From Pseudovirgaria hyperparasitica (lineage: Eukaryota), in assembly GCA_010093815.1 (NCBI GenBank), contig ML996569.1: 64,000 bases of DNA; one strand, written 5' to 3'. Shown here piece after piece: positions 26,353 through 37,543 of this stretch; within the stretch, counting starts at the first letter, position 1; each line of letters opens with the position of its first letter. Below the pieces are notes generated by a model. It was not told where the DNA came from, searched no databases, and saw only the letters and a list, made by a program, of their open reading frames with translations. The position numbers and the translations under genes are program-made.

Positions 26353-26844
26353 GGCAAGGAAGAAGATATCCCACCGAGCCTCATCCAGGCTATCTGAAGA
26401 CGCTGAACCAGGAATAAACACTATTACAGATCTGGAATCCCATAGTTACAGAGTTACGAGGTCATGTTTTGTTTTTAGTTCGGCGCACTAAGGACTCATT
26501 TCACGGGCGGGGAAAAGATAAGTTAAACTTGTGATTCATATATATATATATACCACGCATTTCAGACATGGTCGTTGGGGTTTGCAGAGTAGACAAAAAT
26601 AGGGGCGCTTGGGTGGCGTGTTTTTTTCGGGGGTTGGGGGTGGGAGGGATAGCGAGAGTCTCTCTCTATATGCAATTATGTTGTATCTGTAAATACGAAA
26701 AAAATCGAACATCTCGTGAATATGAATATGCTCCTCCTCTTTTTTTTGGGGGGGGCAATCTTTTCATTCAATCCTCCTGGCTTGCTTCCTGATGTTTTCA
26801 TTTCATGGATCAGTCTCGTGTATTTACCTATGTCGGGTGCGGTT

Positions 26845-26869
26845 TGCTTGCTTGCTTGCTTACTTGCTT
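26845..26869. repeat. (GCTT)n microsatellite, imperfect
   Basis: ttgcttgcttgcttgcttacttgcttg read directly. Confidence 0.75.
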
Positions 26870-27362
26870 GAAGCCCAGGCAGAACCGTGAGACAAATGGC
26901 CATTGGATTACATGGCTCGAAAAGCCTGTTCAGACTCAGTCTTGCTTTGTCGAGACCATGGTAAAGAAGTAAGGAGTGGATTTAGCGATTTAGTGGCTTC
27001 CCCGTGCCGGATCTACGAGATTACGACCTTGCTTTGATGACTGACTGAACATATGAGAGAATATATATAGATATACAGACGACCTAGGCTGGTGTGATGA
27101 ATCAAGACGTTGATTAGCTAGCTATCAGGGAGTATATATATATACACTCTATGATATCACCGTCTAGACTGTAGCTTTTTTCCCAGTCTTTTTTTCTTCT
27201 TCTCAGAAATATGTTGAGGAGCATTTCTATCAAGTAAGAAAGGAGACTACCTCCCAGAGACCTTTGTTCGGTTAAGAATGGTTAAAACATACATAGTAGA
27301 GGCTAGTACAGGTAAGGGATTCCCAAGTTACTGATACTACTGCTAACACATGCTTCGCTCAA

Positions 27363-29174
27363 TCAAGAAGACGTCTTCGCCTTCTTGGACTGGGCAGAGT
27401 CAGTCTCGATCGTTGTGCCGGGCGTGATTGCCTGGCTACCAGCAGCACCAGTATCAGGTACAGCTTCCTCCTCTTCTTCGGGGCCGCCATGGCTTTCAAG
27501 CGATTGCGGTACTCCCGAGCGGGTCGAGGCCGGATCCGAACCTTGTTCGGAGACGTCAAAGTTCACGTCTGCTGGTAGCGCATCGATGACCTCGCAGATT
27601 CTCTCAAAATGCTTCGGAAGCCACAAATCGTAGAGGTTCCGAACAAAGGTGTATGCCGTCCACCTCGCATTCCCATCCGAGCCTATACTGAAGGTGTGTA
27701 TTTTATGGCGGTAATACTTGACATTGTCGCCATCGATGACAGCGTAATGGCCCCAGATCCTCACAAGTTCATAGTTGTGAGATATCGAGAAGCCATTGAC
27801 TTCTCGATGAAGTTCCTTCTCGCGGCCGACCAAGCGGAAGAGAGTGTATAAGCCGCGTAAGCAGACAGTTTGAGTGTGAGCATTTTGCCGATCGGCAACG
27901 TCAAGATCAGCTGCGCCACTTTTGACTTCGGCAGAGAAGAACGGAAGATACATATTAAACGTGGCCGCAATCAGGCCAGAATCAGTCACTAGGTTGCCGA
28001 GGAAAGGCAGCAGCTTCATATACTGTTCAATGCTAAAGGCATCGCTCCTGAATCCAAGACCATAATCTGGCTGAGGACGGGGACCAGGACGCGAGCCTGG
28101 AGGTTTCAAGAAAGTGGCAGAGTTGAGCCAACACGCGTTGACAGTCTCTCGGAGGACTTCCAGATGTTTAGCTCCTCGATCGGCCAGAATCTCGGCTGAC
28201 GGAACAATGAGGAGTGCAATATCGCGAACCACCCGGGCTTCATTTTCGCCGTTCATTCTTTTGCATGTCTTGTCGAACAGATAATCGTCCGAAAACAGGG
28301 TACCTTCAGGAAGCGACTGCGTCCCGTTGAGGAGCATTTGGCAAAGCCTTTTGCTTTCAGTAGTAATGCCTTCAGTATGCTCAGACAGGAAACTGCCGCA
28401 AACCCTCATTTGTTCCACGAACATAGGATGCTTGTACGGAGCGCTCTTCTGCTCTCGGTTTAGTTGGCTGCTTGAAGTCTGCGTCTGGGTGGTTTCCGAA
28501 TTCAGACTGGCATTGGAGCGTTTACGACTCAACGACCGTTTTATCGGGCGCGCCTGATCAACAATATCTTGAAGTCGACGCATCGTTGCTTCTTGTTCCT
28601 CTGTTGGCCAAGTGCCTTTATCTCTCCAGAACTCAAGCCGAGCCTCTTTGATTGTCTTCTGTGTAGCAGCTGAAGATGATCGCGATCGTTTGGTTGATGC
28701 CTCAAGTGAATCGCGAGGGTTTGGAACCTCGTCTTCACGATGCCGATTGTCCCCGGCCTGCTTTGTATTTGGAGATATTTGGGACTGTAGACGCTTCCTT
28801 GGTCTTTCGCTCGATGTGTGACTCTCAGGGTCCCAACTGCGCTTCTTTGCTTCTACGACTCGGGATGGAGCTTCGGTCGAACTCGAGAAATCCTTTACCA
28901 TGTTAAATAGTTTACAATGAGGGAATCGTTGTCGACTTGCCTGCTGCTTTGTTGGGTGTCGCGCTTGCAGTTGAGCGTCCGTCTGTTGATCGGATCTCTC
29001 CTCAGCTGCTGCTTCTTTGCGATTGCTTGGACTCGTGGCTTCGCTGGTAGGTTGTTCTACGAAAGTTAGAACGGTTTTGCAATATGGCAAGAGCTGCGAC
29101 AACATACTTGCCTTCGCCTGTTCTTGTATGCAGCGCCTCTTCGGGGCGGCTAAAGGTGGTGAGTAACTAGCCAT
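27363..29174 (-). CDS. Intronless fungal protein with a C-terminal PD-(D/E)xK nuclease-like domain (uncharacterised Pezizomycotina family); start may be 28901
   Basis: 603-codon ORF. Disordered basic N-half. Conserved-looking core NEARVVRDI..LIVPSAE...PQPDYGLGF...PFFSAEVK...ADRQNAH...FSISH....RIWGHY. Confidence 0.75.
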   Translation of the reverse strand: MASYSPPLAAPKRRCIQEQAKASMLSQLLPYCKTVLTFVEQPTSEATSPSNRKEAAAEERSDQQTDAQLQARHPTKQQASRQRFPHCKLFNMVKDFSSSTEAPSRVVEAKKRSWDPESHTSSERPRKRLQSQISPNTKQAGDNRHREDEVPNPRDSLEASTKRSRSSSAATQKTIKEARLEFWRDKGTWPTEEQEATMRRLQDIVDQARPIKRSLSRKRSNASLNSETTQTQTSSSQLNREQKSAPYKHPMFVEQMRVCGSFLSEHTEGITTESKRLCQMLLNGTQSLPEGTLFSDDYLFDKTCKRMNGENEARVVRDIALLIVPSAEILADRGAKHLEVLRETVNACWLNSATFLKPPGSRPGPRPQPDYGLGFRSDAFSIEQYMKLLPFLGNLVTDSGLIAATFNMYLPFFSAEVKSGAADLDVADRQNAHTQTVCLRGLYTLFRLVGREKELHREVNGFSISHNYELVRIWGHYAVIDGDNVKYYRHKIHTFSIGSDGNARWTAYTFVRNLYDLWLPKHFERICEVIDALPADVNFDVSEQGSDPASTRSGVPQSLESHGGPEEEEEAVPDTGAAGSQAITPGTTIETDSAQSKKAKTSS

Positions 29175-30466
29175 GATGCCTAGGTTCGTACGTTCGAAGC
29201 GCCTATATCTAACCGCTGAGTTTGAGATGCTTGATGGAGGGTTTAGTAGCTGGACTCAGCGTGCGAATTCATAGGTGGGCAGCGGCGCAAGTGAGAGGTA
29301 CGCCAAGCAAGCGAAACGCCCTATACGTCCCCTGGTCCAAGTTAAGCGTGACTCCCGCATGTATTCGATGTTATGTGGTGTATAATGCGCTTGATATTAT
29401 ATCCCGTACGACCGTACGAGAAACTTGCAACTTACTAGAGCGCGGGAAGAACTGCGTAATCATATAATTGAAGTAGTAGGCTATTGTCGGAAACTAGAAC
29501 AAGTGGTCGAAGATTCAGAGGGCTCTTGATATACCTCCTATACCTTTTCAATAGACACACACAAAAGAAGCCACACGACCGAACCAGCACGCTGAGAGAG
29601 ATTCAATTCTGTAGCTAGTGAAGGCTCCCAGTTGGAATTGTAGGGTTATAGTGAAAGGGAGACAGGAGTTGAGGCCGTGATGCGAATGTCATCAAGCTTT
29701 GAGTCAAACTTCTATCAATGAAGCTCGGGCAAATGATGTAGCTCACCAATGGCATGTAGATCTAGACAGCTTCTCTTTGATGGGAACTTTGAATTCAACA
29801 GTCGATGTTTGTGGTCAGTCACTGATTGCAATATCATGAGGTCTCTGGTATTCAGGCCCTCGGCCGTGATGTCGGGAGTCAGTTCTCGCCCTGCTACGCA
29901 ATCAGAAGTCAAGTCAATGTTACTAGAAACAAATAGACAACAAACGGCCTCAGGCAGTAAGGTACTGTGAATTTGGACAACACATGCCCACTAATTAGAT
30001 ATAATTAGATATAATAAGAAGAAGGGCACCGAATGGGTCAAATGGATTCATGGACTCATGGAGGATTGGGCCGGAGTCTGGACCACCGACCGACCGGGAG
30101 CTACTCAAACGCAACCCACGCGCAAGCTCTCCTCGTCTCTTCTTGCACCAAGAACTGGACCTCAACACACTTCTTCACCCGGATTGTCCTATTCCACTCC
30201 TCCACCCCACCATCTCCTCATCCGCAAGCTCCTTCTGATAGACACGATTTCTTGCGCATTATAAAATACCTACGACAACTACCCCTACACGCATTCATCA
30301 TCGTCAATGGAGCTTCTCGAGCGCTAGCCATTGTCACTGAAGTGCTGCGGGGCTGTCCGCACACTGAGGCACTGTCCCTTGCAACAGGTACGCACTCACG
30401 CGATGAGGCCAGAATTTCAGTCGCATAGACTTTACTGACCTGCTCTCTGACTGTAGAATCTTTACA

Positions 30467-31792
30467 ATGCCTATTGAAGTTCCCTCACAGCAAAGCCAGC
30501 ATGTCGCTCATCCACCGAACTCCGGTGCTCCCGACCAACCGGGATACTCACTCTTCAACGACCCCCATGCGTCGCTCGCAAAATTCACTGCAAAGCTCCC
30601 ACCCTCGTCCATCAATAGTTTCTGCGGCGCTATGGCAGGTGTCGCGTCGGGGATTGTGACGTGCCCCCTCGACGTTATCAAGACAAGATTACAGTCGCAA
30701 GGTTCCTTCACACGGGGCATCAGTCGAGGAACACCATCTTCAAAAGCAATCTATAATGGTCTATCTGGCACCGCCAAAGTGATATGGATGGAAGATGGCT
30801 TGCGCGGGATGTATCGCGGTCTTGGACCTATGCTCTTGGGCTACCTTCCTACATGGGCCGTGTACATGAGCGTCTATGACTCCTCAAAAGACTTTTACTA
30901 TACTCAAGTCGGTCAGTGGTTGTCGGCTCTAAGATGTAATGTCGTACCGTTTTGCTGATACAGCCCAGATAACAAGTGGTTCGCTCGGATCTACGCATCG
31001 GTGACAGCTGGAGCATGCTCGACCCTCGCAACAAATCCTATTTGGGTCATCAAGACTCGATTAATGTCTCAAGTCAGTGAAAGAGCCTCTAAAGAACACC
31101 GGACACCCTGGCACTACAAGTCGACGTTTGACGCAGCCAAAAAAATGTATCGAACAGAGGGATTCCTTGCCTTCTACTCAGGCTTGACACCGGCACTACT
31201 CGGTTTGACACACGTCGCGATCCAATTCCCATTGTACGAGTTTTTTAAAATGAAATTCACAGGCCTTGAGATGGGCGAAAACACCAAAGAGGACCATGAC
31301 GTGCACTGGGCTGGTATCTTGGGCGGGACATTTCTCAGCAAGATCTGTGCTACTACTGCTACCTATCCGCATGAAGTGCTTCGAACCCGTCTCCAAACCC
31401 AGCAGCGATCCTTGCCATCGACTTCGTCCGAAGGGGTCTCTTTCCGAGGCTCCTTGGGTGAGCCGAGTACGTCCCGGGGGTCTGGAACAGCAGGGCGTGC
31501 GTCATCAGAAGGAGTCTTGCCACGAGCTGTCTTAGGCTTGACGGCCTCTCATCCCCCTGGATCAGCGTCTTCAGATGGCATGATCAATCTGCCACGATAC
31601 CACGGAGTTGTGAAGACATTCAAGACCATTCTGGCTGAGGAGGGCTGGAGAGCATTCTATAATGGAATGGGCACCAATATGGTCCGGGCTGTACCAGCGG
31701 CAATGACGACAATGATCACTTACGAAGTGCTCAAGAAAGCGTGTCACCGGCTACAAGAGGAAGGCCAGGCTGCTTTGAATGAAGAACCGTGA
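30467..31792 (+). CDS. Mitochondrial carrier, NAD+ transporter (Ndt1/Yia6)-like; intron ~30912-30968, 5' UTR intron 30388-30456
   Basis: Three carrier signatures CPLDVIKTRLQ, NPIWVIKTRLM, YPHEVLRTRLQ; GYLPTWAVY motif of the NDT/folate subfamily. Confidence 0.88.
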
Positions 31793-32736
31793 AGCAGGCA
31801 TCGATGCGTCGCATGCGAGGGGTCTTCGTCCTGCCGTCCTTTCTACACCAACATTTTTCCCTTCAGCAATACATATTAGCATTGTCCCTTGGGAGGGCTC
31901 CTTGGCGTTCGTAGGAGCACATGGCGCAGACCAGAGTGCCGAAGTCGCTGCTTTTCTCTGTGGGTCATAATGGGGTGGGCGATTGTGATGCTTAAGGTGG
32001 TCATTTCTGCAGTTTACAAAGACAGACATTGCGCATTCTAAGACTGCATACTGATTTGAGATATCATCAGCATCGTGTACATGATAGCTAGGCGTGCCGT
32101 AAAGGCTTATCGAAAAATAAGTGTTATGCCACGAGAATTAGCCGTTTAACAAACCATGAGGCAAGCTCAGACGGACTTCAGTGGAAGATTTAGAGTGTTT
32201 TTTAGACTGAGGTCGTCGTCAATAGTCTGGTGTGATAGCTGGCCCTAAGGTTAAGGTTTGGCTTCTAGACACGTAAACTGGCGTATGTAGCGTCCGCCGG
32301 CGCGAGGGATAGATAGCAGTTCTCCTGAGCATGACAAGATTCTTTTTGCCAAGTAGATATTCTGAAGATTGACCTCACTATGCAGTGCCGTACCTGTTGG
32401 TTTCTTGAGACTCTTCTCTGATTGCTCGGAAGATCTCGTGCTGGTCTTGCAGCTGCACGCCAGGCAATCCCTGGACGTTTATTGAGCTGGCTTCCTTTTA
32501 CGGCAGCCAAGTCGTAGGGAAATTCCCCCGACTCGAGCTGCAAGATTACGGCCTGCATCTTGTTCACTTCTACGCCTGAGTTGGCAAAATCTGTTATGTT
32601 CGTGCACCTCACATAATAGTCGTTCGCTCTATCGTCGGTCCTGGTCGCTCGTTTTATTCCGATACGATATCCCAGCCGGGTCTGTCCATCCGATAAGAGA
32701 GGATTCCAGCAGCGGTCTGCACTGCGCGCACGGTCG

Positions 32737-32740
<4 letters not shown>

Positions 32741-32808
<68 letters not shown>
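32741..32808. repeat. (AC)34 microsatellite
   Basis: Perfect 68-bp tract ending 10 nt before the ANP1 ATG. Confidence 0.97.
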
Positions 32809-32810
<2 letters not shown>

Positions 32811-32818
32811 ATAGCAGA

Positions 32819-34258
32819 ATGGCGGGCACGCTGTTACCGAAGGACCGCTTCAGCTGGAAGTCCACGAGATCAAGATTTCCACCGGGGAGACAGATATGGC
32901 AGTTCTTTACGAGATCACGATATCCGCAGTACTTGGCGCTCGTCGCGACAATACTGCTCATACTGAGAGGTTTTGGCGGTCTAGGAGGGGTGTCAAGCAG
33001 GTACGTCCGGACAGCTATGGGACTGTAGCATGGCTTTGGAGCTCTAGTACACGTAGCGCGTGAAATGACATGCTAATTGGTTCTCTATGGAACAGATACA
33101 CTTGCTGGGGCCCAACAATATCGCCCATGGAGATGACCCCGAACGACCTGGCGAAATGGCATGGCCACACCACGCCTGTAATATTCAATCATCACGCACC
33201 GGTCGAGATCAAGGAAGAGACGATCAGCTATATCGACCTCAATAAGATCGAATCCACGCGCCGCGCTCTCCAGAGCGAGGAAAAGGTGCTTATCCTAACA
33301 CCTCTTCGAGATGCCTCGCATTATCTGGAGAAATACTTCGAACTTGTTGCGAAGCTCACATATCCTCATCATCTGATTGACCTGGCCTTCCTTGTGGGCG
33401 ATACCACAGACGATACTATGGCAGTACTTGTGCTGGAGCTTGAGCGGTTACAGAAGCGGAAAGACAAGATCTCCTTCCGATCTGTCACAATCGTGGAGAA
33501 AGATTTTGGAGTTACATTCGGGCAAGATGTGGAAGATAGGCACGGTTTCAAAGCTCAGGGACCCCGGAGGAAAGCAATGGGAAAGGCCAGGAACTATTTG
33601 CTCAGCCATGCGCTCAAGCCTGACCATAGCTGGGTGTACTGGAGAGACGTTGATATTGTGGATAGTCCAGAGGGGATTATCGAGGACTTCGTTGCACACG
33701 ATAGGGACATACTGGTTCCCAACATCTGGTTCCACAGATACAAGGTTGAGGACGGCAAGAAGGTCGATATTGAAGGACGATGTGAGTGGCCCTGAGTACT
33801 GGTTGTAATGCTAGCTGACCTGGAGTCAAGTTGATTATAACTCGTGGATTGAGTCTGACACTGGCCGTAAACTCGTCAAGAATCTCCCTCCTGGTGTGGT
33901 CCTTGCAGAAGGATACGAGAAAGAAGGGTACAAGACGGGCCGAACGTATATGGCTCGCATGGGCGACTGGCGAGAAAACAAAGATGAAGAGATTGAGCTT
34001 GATGGTATTGGTGGTGTCAATATCCTTGTCAAGGCTGATGTCCATCGCTCCGGTGCGTCTTAAAGAACAACTACGTTGGCATCAAAATATCTGCTAACAT
34101 GAACCTCAGGCATTAATTTTCCCTGCTACCCCTTTGAGCACCAAGCGGAGACAGAAGGTTTCGCTAGGATGGCCAAAGCCGCCGGTTATGGTGTTTATGG
34201 CCTGCCTAACTACGTTGTTTGGCACATCGATACAGATGAGAAGCCAGGCAACAACTAA
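32819..34258 (+). CDS. ANP1: Golgi mannan polymerase subunit Anp1 (GT62); 4 exons
   Basis: Type II membrane anchor; VLILTPL, TYPHHLIDLAFLV, ARNYLL, WVYWRDVD, LDGIGGV, HQAETEGF...LPNYVVWHI motifs. Confidence 0.9.
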
Positions 34259-35378
34259 TTAACTCGAATCATGCATTTCCTTGCTTCTCCCTTTCGAAAA
34301 TTTTGCCCCCGACTTATGGTCAGCTGATAGAGACCTGGTTTCGGATTATGCTACTACTACTGCTACTGGAAATAAGCGTGCGACTCCTCTAGTAATTCAC
34401 GACAAAAATACCCATTCACGCGAAAGCACTGTCCAGATTTTTCGAGGCATTTCGAACTGCATTCTATTTTCATGCTTCTTCATCGGCGTATTGTCGCATT
34501 AGCAGCACGAGCGAGCGGTTTAGTGTTTCACAGCCTCTCACACACACCCTTATTTTGACATCCTTTTCGGCGCGCGAGCGACTCGGAAGGAAGCGAGAGC
34601 ATCCCTTGTGTCTCATCTGGCGTTTGGAACCACCTGGCCCACGCACGAGGGCGTCCTCACGATCGGGTTTGCATTATGCGCTAGGCCGCCCCCCCCCCTT
34701 TTTCTGATCTGTATAGGAAGGCAGGTTCATAATTTTTCTCTCCACCATTTTCATGGTACATTTCTTCATGTAGAGCCAGCCCCTCCTCGCTGGGAACCAA
34801 AGGATCTGGCAGATTTCTTAAGCTGGACGTGGTTTGGCCTGGCTTCGGCCTTTGGCTTTGGCTTTGCAGCGGGCTTTGAACGTGACGTGACGTTACGCGA
34901 GGTGTGGATGTGTGTATAGATAGTTGATTCGATAAGCTAGTATATACTCACGCTGTAGATAGAGAGGAACACGAATGTACGAGACGCTATCGACTGGATG
35001 ACTCACTATATATGACTATAGACATTCATTGTTGGTGTGTGGTGGTGGTGGTTCGTTGGTTGATGTGTGCTTGATGATGGCTGTGGAGTGTTTGCACCGA
35101 CTTGTGTTGGCTGCTGTACCTCCGGTTGCGCTCTGGGGTTTTTTTCCTCCCTTGGGCTTTGTCTGGCTCTTGTCGTGTTTACTGGCAATGATGACTCTGT
35201 CTCTTACCATATCTCCTAACACCAACAACAATAATAATGGATAATATTAATGACACGCTTCTCAAACTCCATTCCAAACACCATCCGCCCACCCCCTCCC
35301 ACATCCACACAGTCCTAGCCCTGTCACGACGACGCACTTTATACCCCAACACCATCCATACCTATCCCCAAGACACAG

Positions 35379-36278
35379 CTAGCTCCCATCAATCACCCAT
35401 CCACCCACCCGCTCATACTCCTCCTTAATAGGAGATAAGTGCGAGCTTGAAACCCCCTTGCAGGACTGCAGTCTTCTTTGCTTCTGATTTGGGGGTGAAG
35501 GGGGAGAGAGGTGGAGGGTTGGGTACTGGGGGTGGGGTCGGGAGGAGGAGGAACCTCTGCTGCGCTTGAGGGTTGATGGGGGCTTGTATGCTGCCGCTGG
35601 GTGCTGGTCGGGAAGAAGACGGCGTTTTGGCCGAGGGGAGGATGTGGGGAGGGTGGGTGGTGGGGCGGTTAGGAGGGATGTGCTTCTGATGTGAGAGCGT
35701 GGCGGGTTGTGCTTCGGGGTATGGGCTTGATGGGATGGTGGTGATGGTGATGTGGAGGGGGTTGAGCCTGTGTCTGGTACTCGGCTTCTGAGGGCGAGAT
35801 CTGTGAATGGCTCTGAGGGGTGAAGGGGGCGCTTTGGTGGTGCTTTGTATGTAGTCTGGGTGAGCCTTTTGGGGGCAGGTTGGGCATTTGGATATGTGTC
35901 TGTCAGTATGGAGGTTTGGCTGTGCCAGGTTGGTATGGTGCTTGGTTTGGTATTGATCTCCCGGTCATCCTCTTTGAAGTTGAAATCGAAGCCGGCTAAG
36001 TGGTTTAAATCCCCTGGGTTTTGCTTAGGCGACGTTGATGGTGGATTCGAAGGCTGAACTGGACGACTCGTGGTTGTGTTGGGTGCGCTTGGTATGCCAG
36101 AACGAGGGCTTGCCTGTAAAGGTGGTGTTTCCTTAATAAAGGTACGGTCCAGAGGGGAAAAAGGCTTGAGAGATGGTAGGCATGGTGGGTTGGCTGAGGA
36201 ACCTGGTAGAATGCATCGATCATGTGGTATTTCCCTCTGCTGAAGGAGTTTCCTGTCCTCGGCCTTTTTGCGACGCAT
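35379..36278 (-). CDS. Hypothetical Pro/Ser/Thr-rich orphan protein (299 aa)
   Basis: ATG-started 299-codon ORF with TATAAA about 70 nt upstream. No recognisable domain, and the C-rich composition inflates ORF length. Confidence 0.45.
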   Translation of the reverse strand: MRRKKAEDRKLLQQREIPHDRCILPGSSANPPCLPSLKPFSPLDRTFIKETPPLQASPRSGIPSAPNTTTSRPVQPSNPPSTSPKQNPGDLNHLAGFDFNFKEDDREINTKPSTIPTWHSQTSILTDTYPNAQPAPKRLTQTTYKAPPKRPLHPSEPFTDLALRSRVPDTGSTPSTSPSPPSHQAHTPKHNPPRSHIRSTSLLTAPPPTLPTSSPRPKRRLLPDQHPAAAYKPPSTLKRSRGSSSSRPHPQYPTLHLSPPSPPNQKQRRLQSCKGVSSSHLSPIKEEYERVGGWVIDGS

Positions 36279-36523
36279 GTTCGAAAGGTCTTGTTGTGTA
36301 TAAGGATCGCTGTGCGAGCACGAGAAGGAGATTGCATGAGCGCACTTTATAAGTTAGTAGTGCTTAGCACTACGAATCACGCACATAGTGTTTTGGGTGG
36401 CAATACACAAAGCATCGCACGAGATCATGACGCCGCATCGAGGAAAGATACCCGTGAACAATGCGAGCAGCCAAGGATAAACATTCTGTTTGCAAGGGAG
36501 GACATGTCCGTTCCCATGTGGCA

Positions 36524-37220
36524 TCAAAGACCCTTCCTTACAGCACTCCGAAAGGGATATATCTGAACCTAACCATTCATTAGCACAAGCTCTGTGTTGT
36601 CTTCGACAATCTTCAAAGCAGTAGACGTTTTAAAAACTTACCTTGCTCATGTCCCACACTCCGCTCGTGACATACACGTCAATCTCAAGCCTAGCCCTGA
36701 CTTCCTCCTCGCTCTCGGCATAGCATATCATAGCACTGCCCTTCATGTCAGGCGTCTCGCCCTCTTTGGGCTTGGACCCCATGAAAGCGCCTGCTTTGCA
36801 TTAGCCAAATACCGAGGAACATGGTGATGTTCGTTCTGTACCGCCCATGATCCAGAAGTCCGGCTCGGGCGTGATGCCACCGAGGTGTTTTCTATAGAAT
36901 CGTCAGTCAGGAAGTCTGATTGATATCGAAATTCAAGTATGAAGAACAGGTTCTGAAGACAAGTTTTGGCTTGGCATAAGAACAACAAAATAGCAAAAAT
37001 AAACAAAGACTGACTGTCTAACTTCCAATCTTTTCTGCAATGCGCCCTCAAAGTCAGGCACGATGACGAGCCATTCACACTTGGACGATGCGGAAGCCAT
37101 GGCTCTTGACTGCAAGATTGGATATGTTCGAAGTCTGGTGGTTGTTGTTGCAGGACGCTGAGATGTCGTTCTGATGCAGCTGAATGCTTGACGGCGGAGC
37201 AAACCTACTGAAACCGACAT
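36524..37220 (-). CDS. YCII-related domain protein with mitochondrial presequence; 4 exons
   Basis: Spliced product ...EWLVIVPDFEGALQKRLEVRQKHL...WIMGGAFM...MKGSAMICYAESEEEVRARLEIDVYVTSGVWDMSKVQIYPFRSAVRKGL*. The R..H, GG, GS and DVY...VWD motifs match the YCII family; three canonical introns keep the frame. Confidence 0.85.
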
Positions 37221-37543
37221 TCAGGCTGAAGATGAAGCTGGACACCAACGAGCGCTTCTTTTGAATATCAATTATGCCTGTACAGTGAGGAGCTTATAGT
37301 TGTCGACGACAGGGCGTGCATGACAGCGAGGTGAGTTGCGGGGCTCGGCAAGCACTCGGCGCTTTTCTGTGGATTGTAGCATAAACATCACTAAAGGTAA
37401 TTATACTTTCAGCAATTGAACATAACAAGCATTTGTGTACGTGTTGAAGTAGCAGTGGATGATCTATATAGCCCACTACGTCTATCTGCAAGCGCTCTAA
37501 CTGTTTATGCCTCATCAATGTGGTCTCCATATAATGCTTCACC

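Noticed and set aside
29460..29912. Possible RIP-degraded pseudogene upstream of the nuclease-like gene
   Set aside because: About 6 stops in about 150 codons is close to random expectation, and no domain is recognisable.
32265..32612. 115-aa minus ORF divergent from ANP1
   Set aside because: Non-ATG start in the track, no family motif, no supported splice model.
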